Below, in pieces: positions 1 through 9,486 of a stretch of 64,000 nucleotides of DNA (the first letter of the stretch is position 1; every line of letters starts with the position of its first letter). The position numbers and the translations under genes were made by a program. The notes beneath the pieces are model-generated. The model saw only the letters and a program-made list of their open reading frames with translations, did not search any database and had not been told where the DNA came from. The DNA comes from an uncultured virus (IMG/VR IMGVR_UViG_3300033144_007571) (Duplodnaviria > Heunggongvirae > Uroviricota > Caudoviricetes): IMG/VR virus record IMGVR_UViG_3300033144_007571; one strand, 5' to 3'.

Positions 1-1
1 C

Positions 2-691
2 TTCCATCACGATCTCTGCACCCATACCGGCGCCTGCTTTGGAATCTACTGGAATCCAGTGATGATGATGACCGCAATATCTGTAATGGGTAATTTTCTT
101 GGTATAATCAGGGCCGGACATCGCCATTGCATTCCCCTGAAAACCACCTTCTGAACCTTGTCCAGCAATCCCGCTGGTGGTCCCATGACTGACGTAAAAG
201 TATCTCGGAGAGGTCCCAAGAGTCGACATATTCAAAGTATTCTGAGCGGCATGCCCCCTGATTCCGGCGGTTGTCATCCCAAAACCAAACTCTGGATCGA
301 CCTTGATTTTTGCCGTGGCACCCGTAATGGCGTAGCTATAGCTGGTACTTCCAACACCGATACTCTTGTCGCCAATATCAGGATTGAATTTGTAAGCATC
401 CGTGGTTGTCAAACCACCACCAATTGTGGTCACTTCGCCTTCAACCAGACCATTGAAAATGATTCCGCTGGCCTTGGCTTTGGCGCCGCCATTGAAACCA
501 CTGATCCCAAATGCCATTCCGTTGGGAATGAACTTCACATCACAATCAAGATCTCTTGCACCGGACTTGATTTTAATGTCATACTCACCAATACCGGGAC
601 CGTAATAACCACCAGAAGGCTGGGCCATCGCAACGGCCGACATGAATGTAAAAAGACTAAGAATACAAATCACTGTAAAAAGTTTTTTCAT
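2..691 (-). CDS. Exported Gly-rich protein with signal peptide, partial (runs off the left end)
   Basis: Absent from ORF track. Hand translation from ATG at 691: MKKLFTVICILSLFTFMSAVAMAQPSGGYYGPGI..., open to the window edge; Sec-type signal peptide ending AMA. Confidence 0.8.
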   Translation of the reverse strand, partial: MKKLFTVICILSLFTFMSAVAMAQPSGGYYGPGIGEYDIKIKSGARDLDCDVKFIPNGMAFGISGFNGGAKAKASGIIFNGLVEGEVTTIGGGLTTTDAYKFNPDIGDKSIGVGSTSYSYAITGATAKIKVDPEFGFGMTTAGIRGHAAQNTLNMSTLGTSPRYFYVSHGTTSGIAGQGSEGGFQGNAMAMSGPDYTKKITHYRYCGHHHHWIPVDSKAGAGMGAEIVME

Positions 692-809
692 TTTTTTATC
701 CTTTCGTATGTTTTTCAAAGGTTAACAATTAATTAAATATGATTTTAACCACTAGGGAACCACCCTACGATATACATGGTTATATCACCTCCTTTGGTAA
801 TACTCCTCC

Positions 810-1328
810 TTATCGTACATATTTCAATTGTCCAAGAAAGGCTCTTATGTTTTCATCCTTATCTCGCAATTGAACATGATATGAGGTCTCTGTGGCCTGC
901 TCACTTAATGGGACTACAAACTTGAACTCGTGATAATCTTTTCCATCTTTTTTGTACTTATATTTCATATGTTCAATTTTAAATGGATATTTTTCGCCTG
1001 GTTGTTTGGTTGTGTAAACCTCCCATAGTGAGTAGGGGTACTTGTTGCTGTTTTTTATTCTGGTGATAATGTAAATCATAGTGGTGCTATCATCAATTCT
1101 AATAGTAGAGTCATTGGAATAATATACAGGAACCGTATAAAACTCCTTACCCTGTTTAACATTTTTCAGTTTGATGATGGATGTCTCTATGTACATCCCG
1201 CTCATTCCCATTGGATTTGTTTCCCGAACAATAGGATATGGGCTCCTTTTCGGTAAGCTTTTAATATGAGTTGTTGAGCAACCTGTTGCCCATAGTAACA
1301 TAATAGCGATGAAAATTAACTTTTTCAT
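810..1328 (-). CDS. Putative lipoprotein
   Basis: MKKLIFIAIMLLWATGC lipobox-like signal; GGAGGT SD. Confidence 0.7.
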   Translation of the reverse strand: MKKLIFIAIMLLWATGCSTTHIKSLPKRSPYPIVRETNPMGMSGMYIETSIIKLKNVKQGKEFYTVPVYYSNDSTIRIDDSTTMIYIITRIKNSNKYPYSLWEVYTTKQPGEKYPFKIEHMKYKYKKDGKDYHEFKFVVPLSEQATETSYHVQLRDKDENIRAFLGQLKYVR

Positions 1329-1346
1329 ACCACCTCCAAGGTAACT

Positions 1347-1757
1347 TTATTCCATAATCAAATAGACTTTATAAAGCGTTTTGAATGTTTTGCTTGCGAT
1401 TCCAGTTCCTGCTGAGCTCGAGTTTACCGGAACCAAAACGGATCCTGCCAGCTTTTTTGCATCCTGCTTGGGATCTTTGAGATGCATCAATGCTGTTCGT
1501 GGATCCGATGTGGTGATAATTGCATAAGTCCCTCTTTTCGCGCTTGCTAAAAAAGACTTAAGTTTTGCTTCATCTTGTTTCTGGACAGCCAGGTATTTCG
1601 CTTTTGCCTGACTTATTGATTGTGCTTTTCCAGACGTCCCATCGGCATTGAGCGTAAGTCTCACTGGACTTGCAATCGCTGCCAATTGGAAAGAAATAAA
1701 AATAAACACCAAAAAACTAATGAAACAAATAGTGGTCTTACCGATACTTTTTACCAT
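1347..1757 (-). CDS. Exported/membrane-anchored hypothetical protein
   Basis: N-terminal hydrophobic segment; AGGAGG SD. Confidence 0.7.
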   Translation of the reverse strand: MVKSIGKTTICFISFLVFIFISFQLAAIASPVRLTLNADGTSGKAQSISQAKAKYLAVQKQDEAKLKSFLASAKRGTYAIITTSDPRTALMHLKDPKQDAKKLAGSVLVPVNSSSAGTGIASKTFKTLYKVYLIME

Positions 1758-1812
1758 ATAACCTCCTTTTCTAATTGATTTTAAAAAAATAATAAACTTT
1801 CTTCTATCAGTA

Positions 1813-1826
1813 ATTAATATATATAG
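1813..1826 (-). promoter_or_regulatory. Motif A, CTATATATATTAAT (copy 1)
   Basis: Exact 14-mer found 4 times, always upstream of a minus-strand unit. Confidence 0.65.
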
Positions 1827-1848
1827 TTATAAGGTTTTAAAATGAATA

Positions 1849-2598
1849 TTATTTACCAAGAATGATTTCATCTAAGTTTAATTTTTGGCATTGTGATAAT
1901 ATAAAATCGGTTACTTTCCATGAAGATTTACCAGGAACCTTTACTACATGTAAATATCGTTTTTCATACTTTTTATTATTTGATATAGCCCATATATGAA
2001 AAGCAGTCATTGTTTTAAAACATTTGCTCTTTCTAAAAAAGCAATCTATAAGAAGGAAATAATGGGTATAGTTTTCTTCAGAGGCAGCTACCAACTTCGC
2101 AAGAGTATTCCACTCCGGAGTCGGCGGATATATACTGGTAGCATATTTTCTTATGAAGTCTAGGATTTTAGATGCCATTTCTCCTTTACAAATATTAAGA
2201 AAATCTTTGGGTGTAACTTCTTTATACCTATACATTTCTTTATCAAGAGTAATAAATTCTGAAACCCCGCAGTGGTGATAAATAATGCGTCCGTTGAGAT
2301 AATTTTCCTGTATTCCAGTAGCTAAAATATTCTGAATGTTGACTCTTACGACCTCCATTTCCTTAATCCTTGCCATAATCTTTGCATCTTTAAATTTTAA
2401 ATAATAATGAAATCCTAATGGATAACCAAAATGAACAGGCAAGTCTGCATCCGTACCTTTTGCATCATATGTATTACCCATCTTATATCTACGACTTTGA
2501 TTCTGCATTGTAGTCTTTAAGAGAGAATGGTCTTTTATAAAGATTTTATACCCATGATCATGTTGTTTTGGTTTTTTATCTAGTTCAGATATGCACAT
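1849..2598 (-). CDS. Hypothetical protein
   Basis: 249-aa ORF, AGGAGGTG SD. Confidence 0.7.
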   Translation of the reverse strand: MCISELDKKPKQHDHGYKIFIKDHSLLKTTMQNQSRRYKMGNTYDAKGTDADLPVHFGYPLGFHYYLKFKDAKIMARIKEMEVVRVNIQNILATGIQENYLNGRIIYHHCGVSEFITLDKEMYRYKEVTPKDFLNICKGEMASKILDFIRKYATSIYPPTPEWNTLAKLVAASEENYTHYFLLIDCFFRKSKCFKTMTAFHIWAISNNKKYEKRYLHVVKVPGKSSWKVTDFILSQCQKLNLDEIILGK

Positions 2599-2631
2599 AA
2601 TTTGTTCACCTCCTGTAATTAGTATTTATGA

Positions 2632-2677
2632 AAAAAATTATATATTAGAGCTATCACCTTCTAAAATATAATTTTTT
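2632..2677 (-). terminator. AT-rich inverted repeat, possible terminator
   Basis: AAAAAATTATAT-ATTAGA ... TCTAA-AATATAATTTTTT just downstream of 2687. Confidence 0.4.
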
Positions 2678-2686
2678 GAAATCTGA

Positions 2687-2989
2687 TTATACCACTGGAG
2701 GTTCCTTCAATTTCCTGAAGACTCCTAACCAATGATTCCCTTCATTCCAATATTTGTTGGGGGCATAGTAGGGACTTATTAGATCCCTTGCTTGATTCAT
2801 TAACTCATGGTCAACAGTATCTGAAACTTTAAGTTTCGGATATGCTACCTTGAGCAAGGCCAGATACATTCTGACCTTTTTCACATCTCTGCGCTTTAGA
2901 TGCTTAATCAGTTTTAACCGAATAGTCATCGCCAGACCGAAAGGTGAAAGTGAACGAAGCGTGGTTATATACACTAGAGTTGAAGACAT
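2687..2989 (-). CDS. Hypothetical protein (start revised to MSSTLVY)
   Basis: GGAGGT SD before ATG at 2989. Confidence 0.65.
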   Translation of the reverse strand: MSSTLVYITTLRSLSPFGLAMTIRLKLIKHLKRRDVKKVRMYLALLKVAYPKLKVSDTVDHELMNQARDLISPYYAPNKYWNEGNHWLGVFRKLKEPPVV

Positions 2990-3032
2990 ATAACACCTCC
3001 TAAAGTGAAGTGAATAACTCTTTAATTCATAC

Positions 3033-3046
3033 ATTAATATATATAG
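3033..3046 (-). promoter_or_regulatory. Motif A (copy 2)
   Basis: Exact CTATATATATTAAT. Confidence 0.65.
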
Positions 3047-3078
3047 TATTAGGAGGGAAAATGAAAAATAGTTGGGGA

Positions 3079-3594
3079 TTATTTAATGACGAAACGGCGG
3101 ACTTGTGCGATAAGTCTTCCTATATCCATAAAGTCGCCAGGGCAGGTAAGGTCTTCATTGGAAGAGACCTCGTTGTGGAATTTAATTCTTTTTGGAGAGA
3201 TCCCATATAGTTTCATCATGGGATTTAAAACGCGGTATGCCATGATCTGATACATACGCATTTCAGGTACTTTAAAATCGTATGATCCTAGAGCTGCAAC
3301 ATGAAGAGCTCTATTATTTATGTTATCTTCAATATCATCCCAGGTACATAAGTACGGTGTTGGTCTTGTTATAAATGGTACATAATCTTCTTTAACTTGC
3401 TCTATAACATAATGATAATTGATGTCTCCTTGTTTCTTTTCTAACACTCCTTTAAATAAAGCAGGTAATTGATATTTGGCATTGTCAATACGAGCTGAAG
3501 GAATATCATACATTTCGACCGTATGGTGTATAATAATCCATTTAACGCTTTGACGTCTTAACTTAAGTAGTGAAGGTCTTAAAGGTATTTTCAT
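3079..3594 (-). CDS. N-acetylmuramoyl-L-alanine amidase (Amidase_2-like)
   Basis: IIIHHT, INYHYVI, FHNEV...TCPG zinc-amidase motifs. Confidence 0.75.
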   Translation of the reverse strand: MKIPLRPSLLKLRRQSVKWIIIHHTVEMYDIPSARIDNAKYQLPALFKGVLEKKQGDINYHYVIEQVKEDYVPFITRPTPYLCTWDDIEDNINNRALHVAALGSYDFKVPEMRMYQIMAYRVLNPMMKLYGISPKRIKFHNEVSSNEDLTCPGDFMDIGRLIAQVRRFVIK

Positions 3595-3607
3595 ATTTTT
3601 AATATCC

Positions 3608-3835
3608 TCAATTAACTTTGTGAGTTGGGAAACCAGTTACTACAACTCCAATATTACAACCTGTAACAGAATCTCCAATTCTTGCCTTTCCCAAGCTATT
3701 AGTTAGAACATTTGGGCTTGCAGTAACAATTATTCCCGGATGCCCACAAGCGCCTATTGTTGCAGAAATTAATGTTGCTTGAGAACTATTACCTGATATA
3801 GAGTTTGGCCAACCAGATATAATAAAACCAGTCAT
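3608..3835 (-). CDS. PAAR-like spike-tip protein, N-terminus apparently missing
   Basis: CGHPGIIVTAS...KARIGDSVTGC; near gp5-like gene; frame extends upstream as CHPPIPCVP to a TGA. Confidence 0.7.
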   Translation of the reverse strand: MTGFIISGWPNSISGNSSQATLISATIGACGHPGIIVTASPNVLTNSLGKARIGDSVTGCNIGVVVTGFPTHKVN

Positions 3836-4338
3836 TGGTACACATGGAATAGGTGGATGACATCATCTATTTTGTCTCTATTATTTGTCAGAATGCTTGA
3901 TGCATCATTGAGTACAGCTATCTGTGGATTTAAGCCATAAGTTGCTCCACTTGTTAATGCTCTTGTTAGATAGTCATATCCAAACGCCCAATCGTTTATC
4001 CATTCTATAATAGAAGCATCACCATCCCAACCCACTCCTAAGTATTCATATACAGGGAGAGCTGTTGAATCAACAAGTGCCCAATCAGTAATATTTATTA
4101 CATTATAGTCTGGGCCTAGAACTAAAGTTGATCCGGGAAATGATGTAGGGATTTTAACATTTACTAAATATATTATCAATGAGGATGAATCTACATCCAT
4201 TACCCCTTCTCTGATAGCTGTAGCTTCCTCTTGAAGGCCATCCGCCTGGTCATTAATAGTTGCTATATTTGAATCTAATGTATCAACCTGACCCGGAGCC
4301 GCATTAACCATCGCATTGAGTATATCTTTTGCAGCCAT
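3832..4338 (-). CDS. Putative baseplate/virion protein
   Basis: Acidic ORF coupled within the baseplate operon. Confidence 0.55.
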   Translation of the reverse strand: MAAKDILNAMVNAAPGQVDTLDSNIATINDQADGLQEEATAIREGVMDVDSSSLIIYLVNVKIPTSFPGSTLVLGPDYNVINITDWALVDSTALPVYEYLGVGWDGDASIIEWINDWAFGYDYLTRALTSGATYGLNPQIAVLNDASSILTNNRDKIDDVIHLFHVYQ

Positions 4339-5131
4339 TAAAATACTATGCTCCCTAATCTCTTAAAGTTTTTAGCACTGTTTACAAAGTTATCTATAGA
4401 AGTTTGTGCTGATCCTTTTATAATATTGATGTTAGTATTAACGCCAAGTATCTTAGTAATTTCTTCTGAAGTTAAACCAGCATCTGAAAATAAAGTTCTG
4501 AAAATAAAGTGTCTTTATCTAATTTTCCATAATTTGGGGCTAATGGATCATCAACAATCCAAAGATCATTATAGAGAGTTTCTACATCGGTTGATAGGAT
4601 TATCACCTGAGCTGTAAATTCTCCATTACATAAAAACTCTAAGCAATTTATTATTTGATCTATACTGGCTAGAGCTGCGGATATAGCTCTGCCTCCAGGA
4701 AGAACATTTCCATATAATTCATCTAAAATACTAAGAAGTTTTCCAAGTAAAAATTCTGGAATACTAATATAACCATTAACGAATCCAGAAATGGCTTCTA
4801 TCATTGATCTGATGAAAGCAGTTGTTAATGAAATTGGATTGTTTAAAGTATCGCTCCCACTTAGATATAAACAATTGTTAATAATGTCAAGAATACGTTG
4901 AATATCATCTAAAGAATCTCCTGGTAATATAGTAGCAGTATCAGCATATAGATCTCCTAGTGCAGCATCAATAACAGATTGTGGAGAGGCGACATACCCT
5001 CTGAGAGCTGCTTGAATAGCACTTATTGTCGAGATAACAAAACTTTTCGCTTGAAGCCCAGGCGAAAAAAGTCCACCTGTGTCATATCCCATTTTTTCAC
5101 ATACCGATCTTTCTATACTTGAAAACGCCAT
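4338..5131 (-). pseudogene. Putative virion protein frameshifted by a 14-bp tandem duplication (track ORF 4472..5131)
   Basis: TCTGAAAATAAAGT occurs twice (4483-4510); removing one copy gives 259 aa ending in a TAATG overlap with the next gene. Confidence 0.7.
4483..4510. repeat. Perfect 14-bp tandem duplication
   Basis: tctgaaaataaagt x2. Confidence 0.95.
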
Positions 5132-6081
5132 TATGTATCCCTTTCTCCTTTTGGTGTTGCAGCTACAGCACTATCTGCACCACCAGCTGGTTGCGCTGTT
5201 CCTGATTGTTCATATTTAATTCCACCAGCATCGTGATTTATAGTTGTACCAGCTATTCTATGTATATTATCAGTAGCGCTTATTAGATGATCCTTTTGAG
5301 TCTTTTCATTTATGTTACCACCTGCTGATTGATTGAGATCCTGTCCTGATTTAAGATTAATCTTTCCAGAAGTTGCTTCAATGTTAATATCACCAATATT
5401 AGATTTTACATTAATATCTTCTTCTGCAGTTAAATAAACACTACCATTTGTTTTGATTTGTATATCTCCTTCAAATTCAATTTGTAATTGTTGTTCATCA
5501 ATATCTACATGAATAAAATCTCCTTTGTAGGTTCTGATAAGAACTTTTTGTTTTGCCTCTCGTTCATCAAGCAAAATAGTTGTCATGTTCTCGCCAATTG
5601 TATATACAGAATCAGTATTACCAGTTGGAGGAGTATTTAATTTTCTTTTCTTTCCTGTTAGTTCAACTCTTTCATCATCTGGATCATCGGATACAACGAT
5701 TGCTCTTCCTACATGACTTTTTAAGATAGTCCACTTGTTTTCATAATTAGTACCAACTTGATTTTCAGGGAGAACTTTAGTATTTTCTAAGTCCAAAGCT
5801 CCAAAATAATATGGACGATTAATATTACCACCTTCAAAGAAAATAAAAACCCATGATCCAATAGATGGTATATAAGAGGTTCCAGAATAATAATTTGTAG
5901 TTTCATTTTCTAAATTTCTTCCACCAATAGGATTGTTTGCTGGACGAGCCCATATTCCTTTGTCTTGATTTACAACTGGCATCATATCTGGAATCCATAC
6001 TAATACTCTTCCAAATTTCTCTCTATCTTTATTGTTTACAACCTTCGCTCTAAACATTCCAAATGCTACTGCCTTATCCAT
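5131..6081 (-). CDS. Baseplate central spike, gp5/VgrG-like
   Basis: FRAKVVNNKDREKFGRVLVWIP OB-fold start, VFIFFEGGNINRPYYFG, C-terminal beta-helix-like repeats. Confidence 0.85.
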   Translation of the reverse strand: MDKAVAFGMFRAKVVNNKDREKFGRVLVWIPDMMPVVNQDKGIWARPANNPIGGRNLENETTNYYSGTSYIPSIGSWVFIFFEGGNINRPYYFGALDLENTKVLPENQVGTNYENKWTILKSHVGRAIVVSDDPDDERVELTGKKRKLNTPPTGNTDSVYTIGENMTTILLDEREAKQKVLIRTYKGDFIHVDIDEQQLQIEFEGDIQIKTNGSVYLTAEEDINVKSNIGDINIEATSGKINLKSGQDLNQSAGGNINEKTQKDHLISATDNIHRIAGTTINHDAGGIKYEQSGTAQPAGGADSAVAATPKGERDT

Positions 6082-6986
6082 TATATCCTCTTAAACAAAA
6101 CTTTTGATATTTCAATTATGTTGTTAAATGATCGTTCATCATATTTATAAATGTACGCAGGTACAACTGTTGTCCCTCTCATTTCAGCAGTTGTAATGAT
6201 AGATATAAATCGTGATAAGTCTTCTAATCCTGGAATAAAGTTTAAAGTATATTTGTTATATATTTTTGCTGTAAATAGATGCTTATTGATATTAGGAAAC
6301 ACTTTTAAATCTGATAAAGACTTTATAAAATCATCAATGCTCATAAAGTTATATCGTATTAATTGTTCTTCATACTCTCTATAATTAAAATCAGAAGCAG
6401 CCGATGCACGTTTAAATCCAGTCATTCCTGTAATACCAAAAAATGATGATAACACATATACGTTTGTAAGAAACTTTAATTTTGGTATTTCAGATGTAAA
6501 ACTTCCCAGGAGACCATATTCTTTTCCAAATGCTCTCATAAATACACTATGTAAAAAGTTAGAAATTACAACTGAATACCTCACATCAACTTTGATTTTT
6601 CCAGTAACTAAGTTTGAAAATGTCATACCGTATATTAGAGCAGCATAAAGATCAATTGGTCCTGGTTTGGTAGACATAATATCATCTACACCAAAAGCAC
6701 TCAAATTGATTATGATCCCTTTCGTTGGAACATTATATGAAACTGGTAGGTTGTATGATGGAAGGATAACAACCTGTATTTGTTTTCTAGATTCTAATCC
6801 TGATATTAACTTAAATACTTTATTTTTCGTGTAGTGACTTATTCTGTTTTTCATTAACTCTAGAACAACAAATAATTTTCTCGGACCATTTTCAATTTCA
6901 ACTCTTTTGATTTCGGAAGAAGATAAATGTAGTATATTATCAACTCCCCTAAGTAGTTCAAATTTAGATTTTACAATCATTACCAA
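6081..6986 (-). CDS. Hypothetical protein in baseplate operon
   Basis: 301 aa, translationally coupled. Confidence 0.6.
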   Translation of the reverse strand: MVMIVKSKFELLRGVDNILHLSSSEIKRVEIENGPRKLFVVLELMKNRISHYTKNKVFKLISGLESRKQIQVVILPSYNLPVSYNVPTKGIIINLSAFGVDDIMSTKPGPIDLYAALIYGMTFSNLVTGKIKVDVRYSVVISNFLHSVFMRAFGKEYGLLGSFTSEIPKLKFLTNVYVLSSFFGITGMTGFKRASAASDFNYREYEEQLIRYNFMSIDDFIKSLSDLKVFPNINKHLFTAKIYNKYTLNFIPGLEDLSRFISIITTAEMRGTTVVPAYIYKYDERSFNNIIEISKVLFKRI

Positions 6987-7375
6987 TTTACCTCAGTTAG
7001 ATCTTCTATATCTTGTATAGAAAATTTGTCTTTAAGCATTTCAATTATAGAAGACATTGATGGGACTACGACCAACTCTAAATTTTGAAACTCTTCATTT
7101 GATCTAACCCCATTTACATATAATAAAACCTGAGCTAATTGAACCGTCCCATATTCATCAAAGCTTAGATAGTCGGGTCTCATAGCATACTTTCGTTCAA
7201 AAGGTTTTTGAGTAGAATTTTTTAATAAATAAAATAGGTGTTTATCTAAGGTTGCTAATGTTGGTGATGGAAACGTATAAATATCATTTTCTGTTTTATA
7301 TCTAGCTCCTAAAAAATTAATATCTATTGCTAATTTTTCTCTTTGTCTTGCTTCTTTGTCTATCGTTATTGTCAT
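6980..7375 (-). CDS. Baseplate wedge gp53-like (LysM-like) protein
   Basis: YAMRPDYLSFDEYGT...LLYVNG pattern. Confidence 0.7.
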   Translation of the reverse strand: MTITIDKEARQREKLAIDINFLGARYKTENDIYTFPSPTLATLDKHLFYLLKNSTQKPFERKYAMRPDYLSFDEYGTVQLAQVLLYVNGVRSNEEFQNLELVVVPSMSSIIEMLKDKFSIQDIEDLTEVNW

Positions 7376-8055
7376 TAGGTCTCCATATAATAATCTTTAG
7401 CAACATCTTGCTGCGCTTTCTGATATGCTTCTCCTTTAGTTTTATTATATATTTTTACTGCGATGGCCATAACAAAAAGTACTATTCCAACAGCAAGAGC
7501 TGCTAAACCAAATCCACCAACCAAACTTGCTATTTTCAATAGGATAGCACCAAAATTTGCAGAAGCTACCCATTTACCTAACGAAGAAAATATAATCCAT
7601 AGTAAGGCAGAGATTGTAGCTATTTTAATATTTTTACCAGCCGCTCCACTTAAAAGTTTATCGAGTTTTAATTCTTCCATTTCTATCTCTGGAATTTCAA
7701 TATCAATATCTTCGACTGTTTTAATAGTATCATTTAAATTTTCTGTTGCTGTTGTTGCAGCTGCCATTAGTTGAATTTCCTCATCTGAAATTATATTATT
7801 ATACTTTCTACGTAGCATAGAGTATTTTCTATCATACCCTTTTAATTTTTTTCTTGCAAAAGATACGAGAGTATTTGTTTTTATACTTGGCACAAATTTA
7901 AGAGCATTATCTATATTTTTTATATTTTTGCTTTTAAGAGCACGTTGAAGTTTATCTCCTTGAGAAGTATTAGTAATCCTACTAAGCACATTTGCTATAT
8001 TTTCTTGTAAGTAAATTTCATTTAATCTGTTATCAATAGAAAGATTTCTATTCAT
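7375..8055 (-). CDS. Putative head protein with 2 C-terminal TM helices (paralog family)
   Basis: LNEIYLQE N-terminus, basic helical core, hydrophobic C-terminus. Confidence 0.6.
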   Translation of the reverse strand: MNRNLSIDNRLNEIYLQENIANVLSRITNTSQGDKLQRALKSKNIKNIDNALKFVPSIKTNTLVSFARKKLKGYDRKYSMLRRKYNNIISDEEIQLMAAATTATENLNDTIKTVEDIDIEIPEIEMEELKLDKLLSGAAGKNIKIATISALLWIIFSSLGKWVASANFGAILLKIASLVGGFGLAALAVGIVLFVMAIAVKIYNKTKGEAYQKAQQDVAKDYYMET

Positions 8056-8057
8056 AT

Positions 8058-8636
8058 TTACCTCGGAAATGAATTAACTACTAATTTTAAAATTGAAAGG
8101 GTTATTCCAACAACAATCATACCTGCTGAAACCATAGCTCCATATTCTGTTGCTGTATATGCTGGTCCTAAAACAAACATAAATGGAATCAAAACTATAC
8201 TAAGAAGACCCAAAATAAGAGAAAGTGAAAATCCACTCATTGCTAGTCCTCCAGCATTTTTATACATATAATCCCATAATTTGGCAGCTTGTTTGGTTAG
8301 GTATTCTGCTGTTGAAGGAAAATGTGATGCTAAAGATCTCAAAGAAGCATATGAAGTTGCAAAAACTTTTTGCAACTTTGTTTTATCACCTTTCATTTGT
8401 TTAGTTGCTTCCATATAATATTTTTTAAAAACTCTATCTTTTTTAACTCCAACATCTTTTATTTTATCTATGTCCATAAGCGGAACATCTCTCAATGCTT
8501 GCATTAGTTGAACTTTATTTTTACTTTTTGCCGCTTTTTGTAATTTATTAACGTCAACTTTTTTAGCAACTGCTGCAAGATCTTCTGCTATATACATAAG
8601 ATCTAACTGCTCATTTAAATACTCTACACGGATCAT
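8058..8636 (-). CDS. Paralog-family membrane protein (RVEYLNEQLD type)
   Basis: N-terminus shared with 9486..10070 and 10086..10643; 2 TM helices. Confidence 0.7.
   Translation of the reverse strand: MIRVEYLNEQLDLMYIAEDLAAVAKKVDVNKLQKAAKSKNKVQLMQALRDVPLMDIDKIKDVGVKKDRVFKKYYMEATKQMKGDKTKLQKVFATSYASLRSLASHFPSTAEYLTKQAAKLWDYMYKNAGGLAMSGFSLSLILGLLSIVLIPFMFVLGPAYTATEYGAMVSAGMIVVGITLSILKLVVNSFPR
8608..8630. repeat. 23-bp exact repeat at 5' end of three paralogs (also 10042-10064, 10615-10637)
   Basis: tgctcatttaaatactctacacg in all three. Confidence 0.9.
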
Positions 8637-8640
8637 TTTA

Positions 8641-9486
8641 TTATTTTCCTCCTAAGTAGTTCTCAATGTATGAAGACAAGGGACCAGTCATAACAAGTAC
8701 ATTATACATACTATGAATAAGAACTCCAGTCATATAAGCAATAATAACTTTATTAGCTTTAGATCTAATAGCATCATCTGGTTTAGATGTCTCTATTATT
8801 TTCTTTTGTATAAACGTGGTTAAAAAATGCATTGTCAAACCAGCTATTCTTACAATAATTATTCTTGGAAGAGATACCCCCATTGCTACTGCTTTTATGG
8901 CGTACATTAACATTTCGAGTCCATAAACAATACCTGTTCCTACATAAGGCATTTTCAAATGAATAAAAATAGTTTTGGAAGCTTCTTCAACCAGCGGGGC
9001 GACAATAGAAGCTCCTAATCTTACTGCAGTCATATATGGAAAATGAGCTATTAGAGTATGTATTATTAAACTATTAACAAGAAGTACCAAAACCATCATT
9101 ATAATACCTATTATTATTTTTTTACTTATATCAAGACCTTTCCATGCTACTTTGGCTGCTTCTATTCTTTTTTTAACAGCTGCTTTAATATCATCTCCTA
9201 TAAGTTCTCCAGCTTTTTCCACAGAAATCTTTTGTGTGTGCATCTTTTTAATTTTGATATTATATTTTTTTGCTAGTTCTCTGCCGTCTTTTTTCACTTC
9301 AGATGCTTTAATTTTATATTTCACTAGAGTAGTAGAAATTTTAGCTTCAGTTGCCTTTACATATGAAACTAATTTATCTACTATAACTGCTTCTGATAGA
9401 TATTCAAATTGTGATAAGTTATTAATTCTCTCTATATCATTTAAATAGCACAAATATGAATCTAAAGATGGAGATGCTATATTCAT
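8641..9486 (-). CDS. PrsW-like intramembrane glutamic protease with N-terminal soluble domain (start revised)
   Basis: APLVEEASK, YGLE, TMHFLT, LIHSMYN match the EExxK / E / H / HxxxN motifs of PrsW/CPBP proteases. Confidence 0.7.
   Translation of the reverse strand: MNIASPSLDSYLCYLNDIERINNLSQFEYLSEAVIVDKLVSYVKATEAKISTTLVKYKIKASEVKKDGRELAKKYNIKIKKMHTQKISVEKAGELIGDDIKAAVKKRIEAAKVAWKGLDISKKIIIGIIMMVLVLLVNSLIIHTLIAHFPYMTAVRLGASIVAPLVEEASKTIFIHLKMPYVGTGIVYGLEMLMYAIKAVAMGVSLPRIIIVRIAGLTMHFLTTFIQKKIIETSKPDDAIRSKANKVIIAYMTGVLIHSMYNVLVMTGPLSSYIENYLGGK

Noticed and set aside
158..736. Plus-strand track ORFs 158..736 and 402..605
   Set aside because: Antisense shadows of the signal-peptide gene 2..691 on the minus strand
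1813..1826. Motif A as an archaeal TATA box (archaeal virus)
   Set aside because: Amidase, lytic transglycosylase, KhpA and PxxKW genes indicate a bacterial host
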